Part shown: positions 56,401 to 64,000 of the stretch, in pieces
Layout of the letters: each line of letters opens with the position of its first letter
Position numbering within the stretch: the first letter of the stretch is position 1
Sequence record: PQ309151.1
Reading direction: 5' to 3' (one strand)
DNA: 64,000 bases
Program-made: the position numbers and the translations under genes
Notes under the pieces: generated by a model
Databases searched by the model: none
Told to the model about the DNA's origin: nothing
What the model saw: only the letters and a program-made list of their open reading frames with translations

Positions 56401-57895
56401 ACGGATGGGGAATCGTTTTGTACTTTTCCGTGAGATTCGACAGACGCCGATACTCAGCAGCAGTCAGAAGACCAGCTTCGGCGAGCACGCCAATGCGATC
56501 TTTCGTCTTGTGTTCGTAAGGACGCGTGTCATCGACAGCCAAAGGCAAGACTTCGCCAGTAACCGGATTCACAATGTCACGCGACTCTTCACTTGCGCTG
56601 AGTTTTTCGAGTTCAGCGAGATCGGCATCGATCATCGCGTTGATATCGTCCGTGATTTCGAACCTGGAGGAATCATCATCCTCATGCTCAGCGAGCTTTT
56701 GGGCATTGCGAAGAAGTTCTTCGCTAGATTTCACCCCGGGCTCTTTTGAGTTCCTGGATGAGACCGTCGAGTCCGCCAGGTCTACGTCTTTTTTTACGGT
56801 GATTTCCTCCTCGTCCGCTGCTGCGGGTACGGATTCATCATCGTGTTCCGGTTCCTCTTCAGGCGTCTCTTTACCGAGCAGTGCTTCCGCTTCCTGCTTG
56901 GCGATTGCCTTCGGATCAGCCAGCTTGTCTTTCATGGGCTGGTCAGCGTCGATTGCGGTAACCGATCGCGAAGCCATGAGCACCATGTACATGCGCAGAA
57001 TGTACTTCTGCAGCTGCTTGTTACCGTACGAGACCGAGTCGATCTTGCGAACGTCCTTGGCCTGCATCTTGCCAGTCTTGACGTCTGCCTTCACCTGAGC
57101 ATGGTACGCTTCGTTGACTGACTTTTGCCAGTAGTAGAGACGTTCCAGATTCACTGAGATCCAGGAATTCGATTCCTGAATGATGAAGTTGATGAACCGG
57201 TAATTCTTCGGTTCAATCCGATCGAAAATGTTCTTGGGCTTTTCGCCCTTGTCGTCAGGCTCGGCCAGAAACTTCCACAGTTCCAACAGGAAACGCGCCC
57301 CGTCGGTATGGAAGATCTTCAGGGAGTTCTGATCCATGTTCTTGCTGGCATTGTTCAGGCGACTGATTGCCGGCAGGACTTCAGGAGTCTTGACGATGAT
57401 GAACTGATTGCGCTGCGATGCATTCGCTGCAACATTCATCTCGCTGGTGACCGTATACATCAGGTCGACCCAGGCATTGTAATCCGCATAGAGCGAGCGG
57501 ATGTACTTGTAGTTGTGATGGACAACCGCGTAGTTGGCTACGACTAGCGTCTTCGGATCCTTAGGCATCTTTTCCAGATCCAGCAACTTGCGGAATCGGC
57601 GATTGCGAACGAAGTATCCGCGCAGAATCGGATTCGCGTCAAACGTCACCCGACGGGGTTCGTGAGGCGGATCGATCAGCTTGAGCGGCGTATAGATCAG
57701 GATGGGTTTGGTAATGCCCTTAAAGAGCGGATGATCCGAACCCGGTCCGACATCGATCTTACTTTCTGCAACGTAATGCAAGAGCGAGTTTTGCGGGAGC
57801 TCCATATCCGAAGCTACCGAGACGATCGGGGCAACCAGCTGGCCGCCCTTTCGGATCATCCTCGCTCTCTCAAAGTTCTGATAAAGAAGGTTCAT
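53444..57895 (-). CDS. Virion RNA polymerase beta subunit, large part (phiKZ gp178-like)
   Basis: 1483 aa with RNQRGDFPIRK, SEATKDSGEVG, DDMKRMGFISIQHEH, EDASVIS and VGDK motifs. Confidence 0.92.
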   Translation of the reverse strand: MNLLYQNFERARMIRKGGQLVAPIVSVASDMELPQNSLLHYVAESKIDVGPGSDHPLFKGITKPILIYTPLKLIDPPHEPRRVTFDANPILRGYFVRNRRFRKLLDLEKMPKDPKTLVVANYAVVHHNYKYIRSLYADYNAWVDLMYTVTSEMNVAANASQRNQFIIVKTPEVLPAISRLNNASKNMDQNSLKIFHTDGARFLLELWKFLAEPDDKGEKPKNIFDRIEPKNYRFINFIIQESNSWISVNLERLYYWQKSVNEAYHAQVKADVKTGKMQAKDVRKIDSVSYGNKQLQKYILRMYMVLMASRSVTAIDADQPMKDKLADPKAIAKQEAEALLGKETPEEEPEHDDESVPAAADEEEITVKKDVDLADSTVSSRNSKEPGVKSSEELLRNAQKLAEHEDDDSSRFEITDDINAMIDADLAELEKLSASEESRDIVNPVTGEVLPLAVDDTRPYEHKTKDRIGVLAEAGLLTAAEYRRLSNLTEKYKTIPHPFGGKGTLVDAMHIEPHELHVDTKHIAAPNAVVVDQSMLHSSIEVSQQKYIKHTLPKHILRMITHVQSANVMLDHLEVEKTETIQGSNQNFVARIVPVEGAPTTLRFPIPEINEDGTYTANGVKYAMRNQRGDFPIRKVAPNRVAITSYYGKFFIYRSRKAVNDYQQWLINEVMSLGFDNSIDTVTDIKTANVFHMNIKAPRSVSALAHQIKEFTLQNVEKEKFVFHLDLSKIDENFNPEIVGPWIKKGFVPIAISDKKKIIYYEGDSFYLIQGEQVKPLGEMEEILGLDMSGMPAEFVEIKLAGKYVPIGMILAWDYGLTELIRRLKIKTRRVPVGTRTQQQPDEVALVFSDETLLFSKNDRLACLLLGGFQEFRRIIRGFSITDFDHPGVYQNVLDTTGGGTRVLREITLARDMFVDPITKEVLLHLKEPTDFMGILVFATELLLDDMHRPELDMSEMRIKGYERIAGAVYQELVRSMRAHNARPGKSRYPVEMKPFAIWQSLAEDPSIVVVKDINPIANLKMREEVTFTGAGGRSKDTMTAATREYGKNDIGIISEATKDSGEVGINTYLAPNPQLNNTLGMPVAPDEKDLSMSSIFSSSVLASPGATRDDMKRMGFISIQHEHGVAVTGQMENILSTGYDRVIPHRASELFAVTAKQKGKVLEVTDHGITVQYEDGTTKGYPLGRQYGENAGMTIPHTLVTNLKAGTKILEGDAITFNKGFFKPDTLNPRQVVWCNGTYAHFALCEPADVIEDASVISQELADMLMTEQTKQRTIIVSFKQAIARLIKVGEAVKYDDVLCIIQDEITSGLDLYDEADIDSLKALGSQAPKAKYDGVIERIEVFYRGDKEDMSESIKKIVSASDREIAHRRKSSGKKVVTGEVDEGFKVKGNSIPLDSVAIRIYITGPEPAGVGDKIVLVNQLKSIIGKVIKEPMKAEDGTKILGRFSYTSIARRIVNSPDIVGTTTAILMKGAELVVAAYDS

Positions 57896-57906
57896 GAAAA
57901 GTCCTG

Positions 57907-59523
57907 TTAGCGAGTCAGGTTGAAGCAGACGAGTTTCGCTGTATCAACCACCGCAGAAGCGATGAGTCGACCCTTCGGATCAACATAGGCAATTTTCTTT
58001 TTGAAGAGATCGTTCACCTCTTTAACGCCCTCATCAGTGTAGAGCGCATTGGCCGAAGACGTGTCGCCGTCGAAGTCTGCATTGAGCAGCGCGAGGCGAA
58101 TCATGTTCGGACAAATGGTGTTGATGAAGGCTTCGCCACGAATCGGGAAAGACATCACGTAGTCGTCTTCGACACGTTCCCAATTGTCGTTCAACACCCA
58201 GCGCTTTTCGCTGTTAGTGGTCGTTTTGATATACCCGATGGACGGGTAGATCGAGCCCAGAGATGCGACGGGATAACGCGTCACAAACAATGGGAGGGTA
58301 CTCAATTTTTTTACAACAGACAGATAAATCAGTTCTGCGTAAGTCGCCGGGCTGACATTGTTTTTATCCAGATTGTCGGGCAACTCGCCGATGTCTTGCA
58401 GCAGTCGGACCGTTTGGTCAGGGCCGCGATAGACCAGTGCCAGATAGTGGTTACCCACCATGGCAGGCTTGTGGCGCATCTCGACGTTCTGGAAGAGCGA
58501 GAAGAGTTTGTCAATGCCTTCATCGCTGAAGAACTTGTCCCAGTCGTCCGGCTTCAACTGCACGTTCTCCTGCTTGAACGTGTTCTTGTTTACCAGTTTG
58601 ACAGGCGAGCCCGGTCCGTTGTGAACCTTGCTGAGGAAGTTGTTTTTGAATTCGAAGATAGCCACAGGACGGCAGGCTCGGATGGCTTGGTAGAGACCGT
58701 AGACCGTGTGGTTCGGTCCGATGTTGCCCGGATCTCCGAGTTCGGTGATCCCTTCGTCCAGAGGCGAGATAACATTTCGCGTACCGTCCGCAATGTGTCG
58801 TGAAGCCCACTTGCCGAGCACCAGTTTCCGTTTACCGGAGATGAGGTTCTTCAGGCTATCGTAGATTTCGTTAAACGTCATCTGCAGCTTAAAGCGTGCA
58901 GCGTCCGATACGTCACGATCTGCTGCCTTACCGTCGCCAGGAATGGTGTTCGCCACCATCAGCAAACGACGATAGATCTTGTTGATTTCATCTTCCTCGC
59001 TACGACCATCGTCACCCATTTGCAGGTCACGCATGGCAGCAGGAATCACCATGACTTTATCAGTCAGGGCAACGTGCTTGTAGTTGACGATGAGCTTCTG
59101 AGCTTCCATCTTCTCAGGAGACTTGGTCGGCTGCAACTTGATGTCTTTCCAGTGTTGCATGAAGAACCGGAAACCAGTCTTCCCGTTGATGGGGTCACTG
59201 GGCATGAAGTCGCCTTCCTTCTCATCCCACACAGCGTAGCCTTTACCTGCCACGATGTCCATGTAGAGATGTTTGTTGCCGACCAGAGCGTTGAAGATAG
59301 CCGGGTGGAAGACAGGCGTTTTGCAGTTGATGTAGCTGAACTTTTCAGTCCGCATTTCCTCGCCGACCTTACCGAAAATCAGCGCAGAAAACAATCCGTC
59401 TGGGTGAAAATTGATCCCGGAATTGTCGAAGATATCCAGTGCCGTAACAGGGCGGAGGTTCTTCAGACGTTCATCCTTTGGATCAAGAATCTTGATATTA
59501 AAAGGTACATTGATTGGCTTCAC
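57907..59523 (-). CDS. Virion RNA polymerase beta-prime subunit, catalytic part (phiKZ gp180-like)
   Basis: HPDGLFS..IFG, GTRNVIS, TRYP and catalytic NADFDGD. GTG start. Confidence 0.93.
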   Translation of the reverse strand: MKPINVPFNIKILDPKDERLKNLRPVTALDIFDNSGINFHPDGLFSALIFGKVGEEMRTEKFSYINCKTPVFHPAIFNALVGNKHLYMDIVAGKGYAVWDEKEGDFMPSDPINGKTGFRFFMQHWKDIKLQPTKSPEKMEAQKLIVNYKHVALTDKVMVIPAAMRDLQMGDDGRSEEDEINKIYRRLLMVANTIPGDGKAADRDVSDAARFKLQMTFNEIYDSLKNLISGKRKLVLGKWASRHIADGTRNVISPLDEGITELGDPGNIGPNHTVYGLYQAIRACRPVAIFEFKNNFLSKVHNGPGSPVKLVNKNTFKQENVQLKPDDWDKFFSDEGIDKLFSLFQNVEMRHKPAMVGNHYLALVYRGPDQTVRLLQDIGELPDNLDKNNVSPATYAELIYLSVVKKLSTLPLFVTRYPVASLGSIYPSIGYIKTTTNSEKRWVLNDNWERVEDDYVMSFPIRGEAFINTICPNMIRLALLNADFDGDTSSANALYTDEGVKEVNDLFKKKIAYVDPKGRLIASAVVDTAKLVCFNLTR

Positions 59524-59549
59524 ACTGAATCCTTAACGGAGAAATCGCG

Positions 59550-62500
59550 GTGGCGTCTAAAAAGAAACGCGGCGGGCGCGATGATTTCGATTTCGATAGC
59601 GACTTGGACTTTGATATTCCTGACTTCGGGGGTGATAACCCCGAAGCCACGAATAAGAGTCGTAAACCGATTGCTGTTGGCTTAAAGTCAGCAGCATCAG
59701 GGTTCGGCAAGACGTTTGCCAATGAGGCGCGTCTTCGCAAAACTCTGACGAAAGCATTGCCCAAAGAGTACGAAGAACCGATCTCGAAAGCATTCGAGAT
59801 CAAAGACGGGGCAAGGGATCTATACAATACCAGTGCGTCCCAAGTCAACGAAATTGTTCGTGAAACCAAACGTTCGGTCGGGCGGATCACGAGAAACCTT
59901 GAGTCTGCACTCCCCAAGAAACTGGCTGAAAAGCTTAAGAAGTGGGGAGACTCTGCAGATTCGGATTCGTCAGGCAATCTGTCGAAGAGTGAGGTAGAAC
60001 AGGGTACGATTGATTCGGCCTTTGCATCTATCTTCGCTCAGACGCAAGAAGCTCAAGCTGACAATCAAAAGAAACAGGACGCTCGTCAGGTCATTCAGGA
60101 CCAGATTGATACGAAGCGTCACAAAGACATGACGACCATCCTGGGGTCGATTGACAACTCGCTTTTGCAGTTGGCGACATTCCAGGATAAAGTTCAGACC
60201 AACTACATGAAGAAGTCGTTGGAGCTTCAGTTCCGTTCGTACTTTGTACAGAACGACATGCTGGCGCTTCAGACGAAGTTCTTCGATGAGTTCAAGAAAG
60301 ACCTTCAGGCAATCACGAAGAATACGGGTCTTCCCGACTACGTGAAGAAGGCGCCGAAAGAAGCTCTCATGGAGCTCATGCGGCAAAAGACATTCGACTC
60401 GATGGCCAACACCATCGCCAAGAAGCGTAACCAATGGCTCTCTGGTGTTTTCAAGAAAGCAACGGGTAAAGCGACTGAAGCGTTGGGCAACATCAAGGAC
60501 GGCCTCGGCATGGTTCTTGATGCGGCAGAATCTGGTTCCAGTATGTATGGTTCCGGCTTTGGTCCGTCGGGTGAAGAAGTTGCAGGCGATATCGCTGGTA
60601 GCTGGGCAGGTAACAAAACCCAGGATTGGCTCGCCAAGAAGATCCGTGCTCGGATGCTCAAGAACCCGAAGGCGGTTAAGCATGGCAACAAGCTTAATCA
60701 GGTCTTCTCGAATCTTCCGCAATTCGTCGGAGACCAGCTGGAAAACGGCAAGTACGCAGACAAGATTCCCGAATGGCTTAAGGACATCCTGAAGCCTGAC
60801 ACGGAGTCCTCTGGCGTGAACCTGAGTCGTGAAGTCGATCTCGACCGAGCAGCACGTTGGTCGGATAAGAACTCGCGTTCTCTGAATGTCGTCATTCCGG
60901 AACTGCTCTCGAAGATCCATCATGAACTCTACGTTACCCGTACAGGCGACGTAGGAGCTAAACCCTTGGCGTATGACTACGAAAAGGGTAAGTTCGTGAC
61001 ATCGAAAGAACGCCAGGATCAATTGGCGAGTTCGATTGTCTCGGACCGGACAAAAGAATCGACGAAACATCAAGTCGACAACATCTTCAAAGAAATCGAC
61101 CCGAAGGGTGATAAGCTTGACGCCAAGACGCGTCGTGATATCGCGGAGAGAATTTACGGCGCTAACAAGCGTAACGTTTATTTCAACCGTGAGAACATGA
61201 TGTCGCATGAAGTGATTGGCGACAACGATCACGCTCGTGAGTTGATCGGGGATTATTTCGACCGAGACGATTCTGGCGCAAACGAACGACGACTGTCCAA
61301 GATGTTTGGTCGCGTTGGTGCTGATAACGGTGAAGTCCGGGACCTGGTTCAGGACATGATCGATCAGGGGCGTCAGGGCGAACTGGCTGAACTGGGTATT
61401 CTCGACCTGAAGACTGGTCGGATTAACCTCAGCAAGATCCGTGAGATGGAAATGAGCCATGTCGGCAAAGATCCTCACACGGTTGCATCTGCGAATGGCA
61501 ATATCTTCTCCGGCGGCAACGTGCAAATGTTTGCCAAGGGCGGAGCGTTCACCAATCGCATTGTCCGAAAGCCTACATCCTTCCCGATGAAGAATGGGAA
61601 GACCGGCGTCATGGGTGAAGCCGGACCTGAAGCGATCATGCCTTTGTCTCGCGACAAGGATGGTCGTCTGGGCGTTAAAGTCCAGAAGGGTAAAACCGAA
61701 CAAACCGTTGAAGAGATTCGTGACATCCTGAAGCGCTTCGAAGAGAAGGGTTTTGGCGGTGGAATGATGTCTCCGGAAATGATCGAAGAATACATGTCGG
61801 GCAAGATTAGCGGTGCTGCTGGTTACTTCGGTAAAGGCGGCAAGGCAATCAAGGACGGCATCTTCGGCGCAGGCAAACGACTGTGGCACGCAAACAAGCG
61901 TTTCAATCGTGGCGCCAAGAAACTGGCTGGTAAAGCAAAGGACATGCTCTTTTCAGGTGGGAGCTCGGCCTTTGACTGGCTCGGTAAACAGAAAGACAAG
62001 TTCGATCTGTATATCGGCAACGAAGTTGAACCCCGTATTTCGAAGTACAAACTCGAAGCGGGCAGGTACGTCGATGAAGCAACCGGTAAGGTCATCGAAA
62101 AGTACGAAGACATCAAAGGTAACGTTAAAGATCTTGATACGGGAGAGATCGTCCTCCGGGCCACGGAACTTAAGGACGGTATTCTTAAAAACTTCGAGAC
62201 GGGTAAGTCGGTTCTTCTGCGACTGACCGGCTGGGGTAAATCCGCTATCAAGACAGCATACGACAAAACGAAGGCTGCCATTGGTAAAGCGTTGGGTCTG
62301 ACCAAGTCGACCTATGGAATGGCTTGGGCTGGTGTGAAGAAAGCCTACGAGATGTACACGGATGGGCCACAAGACGTGTACCTCAAAGACCAGTATGAAA
62401 CACCGGTACTGCTCAGGCGCATCATGGCGCAAGGTTTGTATTTCGATAAGGCAACTCTCGATCCGATCTCGAAGGTGAGTCAGATCAAGGGACCTGTTGT

Positions 62501-64000
62501 CGATAACGAAGAAAACGTCCTTATCACCAAGGAAGACCTGGCTAACGGGTTGTACGACAAGGAAGGTAAGGAAATCAAGACCGGCTTTGATAAGATTGCC
62601 TCTTTCGTGGGCAACTCAATCAAGGGCGCGATTGGTACGTATAAGAAGATTCTGGGTAAGGGCAAAGACATTGGCATGCGAGCGATGGCTTGGCTCAAAG
62701 GTCTCTTTGGCTTTGACTCGCCCTTTACGGTCTTCAGCAGCCGGACGAATGACATTCTGACGGCAATGTATGCCATGCTCAATGACCGCTTGCCTGGCGA
62801 GCGTTCAGCTGACCTGGATTCCATGATTGGCAAGGGTTCTTCGGGTTCCACCAAAGACACTGTCAAGAAGGCTGGTAAAGCCGCGGGAGCTTTCAAAGAA
62901 GGCTTCATGAAACGCTGGAATAAAGGTAAGGATGCGGCACAAGCCAAGGCAGATGAACTCAAGGCGCGTTTGCCTGGAGACATCGAGAATGCCAAAGATA
63001 GGGCCAAAAACCTGCGCGATCAGGCGGCAGGTAAAGTCAACGAATGGAAGGACGAGCATTGGGATCCGGCAGAGCAACAGGTACGTGAACGCCTTGGTCG
63101 TGGGAAGGACCGAGTAGTTGACGGACTGCACGCTGTTGTCGACACCCTGCGAGAACGTCTGCCCGAAAAGAAAGCCAAGATGGAAGGCGATAGCGACGGT
63201 GACGGAGTTCGTGATGGTTCCATCGACGATATCCGTGCCAAACGTTCTAAAGCCAAGGAAGAAAAAGAGAAGGAAAAGAAGGAAGCCGAACAGACTGCTG
63301 AAAAGGGTAGTACTAAAGGCGCGTGGGCAGCATTGTCCGCATTCTTCAAAAAGAAAAAAGGCGATGACGAAGAGAAGGATGGCGATCATTCTCTCCTCGA
63401 AGATGCCGAGGATCTCGTAGGTGGTGGCGGCGGTAAAGCTGAAAAGGAAGCCGGTAAGGTTGCCAAGAAAGCAGGCCGTTGGGAAAAGATGATGCCTAAG
63501 GGCAAGGGTATTGGTTCCAAGCTCTTGCGCGGCGGTATGAAAGCAGCTGGTTTCGTTGGCAGGATGGGCCTGAAGTTTGGCGGAGCTTTACTGGGTGGCG
63601 GTTTGCTAAGCGCGGAAACGCTGCTGGGCGGGCTGTCCATGGTGGGTTCTGTCCTTGGCATGACTGCTACTGCAATCGGCGCGATCATCTCGTCTCCTGT
63701 CACTGTTCCCCTGTTGATCGCCGCCGGCGTTGGTGCCGCAGGTTACTTCGCGTACAAGTGGCTGACCAAACCGGATCCTCAACCGATCGAAAAAGTACGT
63801 CTGACGCAGTATGGCTTTAAGGCCAACGACATCGATGCGTACAAGGCTATGAAGTCGCTTGAGCAGCAGTTGGCTCCGGCTGTAGTCTTCAAGGGTGAGA
63901 AGGCTGAATTCGATCCCAAGAAAGTTGATTTGAAACAAGCGATGAAGCTCTACGGTCTGAACCCCGAGAGCAAGGACGATGCGGAGAAATTCGTGTCGTG
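59550..64000 (+). CDS. Large tail/tape-measure protein (phiKZ gp181-like), 5' part; runs off the right edge
   Basis: Absent from the ORF track. GTG start with GGAGA RBS gives MASKKKRGGRDDFDFDSDLDFDIPDF...SRKPI. The same frame is open in all segments translated, including the end at 64000. The lytic transglycosylase domain is not seen within the window. Confidence 0.85.
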   Translation, partial: MASKKKRGGRDDFDFDSDLDFDIPDFGGDNPEATNKSRKPIAVGLKSAASGFGKTFANEARLRKTLTKALPKEYEEPISKAFEIKDGARDLYNTSASQVNEIVRETKRSVGRITRNLESALPKKLAEKLKKWGDSADSDSSGNLSKSEVEQGTIDSAFASIFAQTQEAQADNQKKQDARQVIQDQIDTKRHKDMTTILGSIDNSLLQLATFQDKVQTNYMKKSLELQFRSYFVQNDMLALQTKFFDEFKKDLQAITKNTGLPDYVKKAPKEALMELMRQKTFDSMANTIAKKRNQWLSGVFKKATGKATEALGNIKDGLGMVLDAAESGSSMYGSGFGPSGEEVAGDIAGSWAGNKTQDWLAKKIRARMLKNPKAVKHGNKLNQVFSNLPQFVGDQLENGKYADKIPEWLKDILKPDTESSGVNLSREVDLDRAARWSDKNSRSLNVVIPELLSKIHHELYVTRTGDVGAKPLAYDYEKGKFVTSKERQDQLASSIVSDRTKESTKHQVDNIFKEIDPKGDKLDAKTRRDIAERIYGANKRNVYFNRENMMSHEVIGDNDHARELIGDYFDRDDSGANERRLSKMFGRVGADNGEVRDLVQDMIDQGRQGELAELGILDLKTGRINLSKIREMEMSHVGKDPHTVASANGNIFSGGNVQMFAKGGAFTNRIVRKPTSFPMKNGKTGVMGEAGPEAIMPLSRDKDGRLGVKVQKGKTEQTVEEIRDILKRFEEKGFGGGMMSPEMIEEYMSGKISGAAGYFGKGGKAIKDGIFGAGKRLWHANKRFNRGAKKLAGKAKDMLFSGGSSAFDWLGKQKDKFDLYIGNEVEPRISKYKLEAGRYVDEATGKVIEKYEDIKGNVKDLDTGEIVLRATELKDGILKNFETGKSVLLRLTGWGKSAIKTAYDKTKAAIGKALGLTKSTYGMAWAGVKKAYEMYTDGPQDVYLKDQYETPVLLRRIMAQGLYFDKATLDPISKVSQIKGPVVDNEENVLITKEDLANGLYDKEGKEIKTGFDKIASFVGNSIKGAIGTYKKILGKGKDIGMRAMAWLKGLFGFDSPFTVFSSRTNDILTAMYAMLNDRLPGERSADLDSMIGKGSSGSTKDTVKKAGKAAGAFKEGFMKRWNKGKDAAQAKADELKARLPGDIENAKDRAKNLRDQAAGKVNEWKDEHWDPAEQQVRERLGRGKDRVVDGLHAVVDTLRERLPEKKAKMEGDSDGDGVRDGSIDDIRAKRSKAKEEKEKEKKEAEQTAEKGSTKGAWAALSAFFKKKKGDDEEKDGDHSLLEDAEDLVGGGGGKAEKEAGKVAKKAGRWEKMMPKGKGIGSKLLRGGMKAAGFVGRMGLKFGGALLGGGLLSAETLLGGLSMVGSVLGMTATAIGAIISSPVTVPLLIAAGVGAAGYFAYKWLTKPDPQPIEKVRLTQYGFKANDIDAYKAMKSLEQQLAPAVVFKGEKAEFDPKKVDLKQAMKLYGLNPESKDDAEKFVS

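Overview
The window is a 64-kb segment of a phiKZ-like (Chimalliviridae, nucleus-forming) jumbo myophage. No bacterial chromosome genes are seen. A host-style lipoprotein suggests a Burkholderiales (Ralstonia/Burkholderia-type) host, which is inference only. Left third (mostly minus strand): the conserved nucleus/replication block. It holds non-virion RNAP subunits (gp71-73-, gp68- and gp55-like), a PicA-like import factor, a ChmC-like RNA-binding protein, an SbcD nuclease, chimallin, the family-B DNA polymerase half and the PhuZ tubulin. A four-gene SPRY/LamG lectin cassette and a tandem array of six small probable paralogues are embedded in it. Middle: an early-promoter-driven membrane-protein cluster with a BCS1-like AAA ATPase and an AT-rich divergent spacer with two mutually exclusive hairpins. 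A ChmB candidate, two GNAT acetyltransferases and two unannotated basic peptides follow. Right half: terminase, baseplate proteins, tail sheath and tube, a lipoprotein, prohead protease, virion RNAP subunits and the start of a gp181-like tail protein. A bipartite early-promoter motif recurs on the minus strand, and long-stem hairpin terminators delimit most units. No tRNA, CRISPR array, intron or homing endonuclease was recognised. phiKZ gene numbers come from motif recognition plus remembered synteny, not from a database search.
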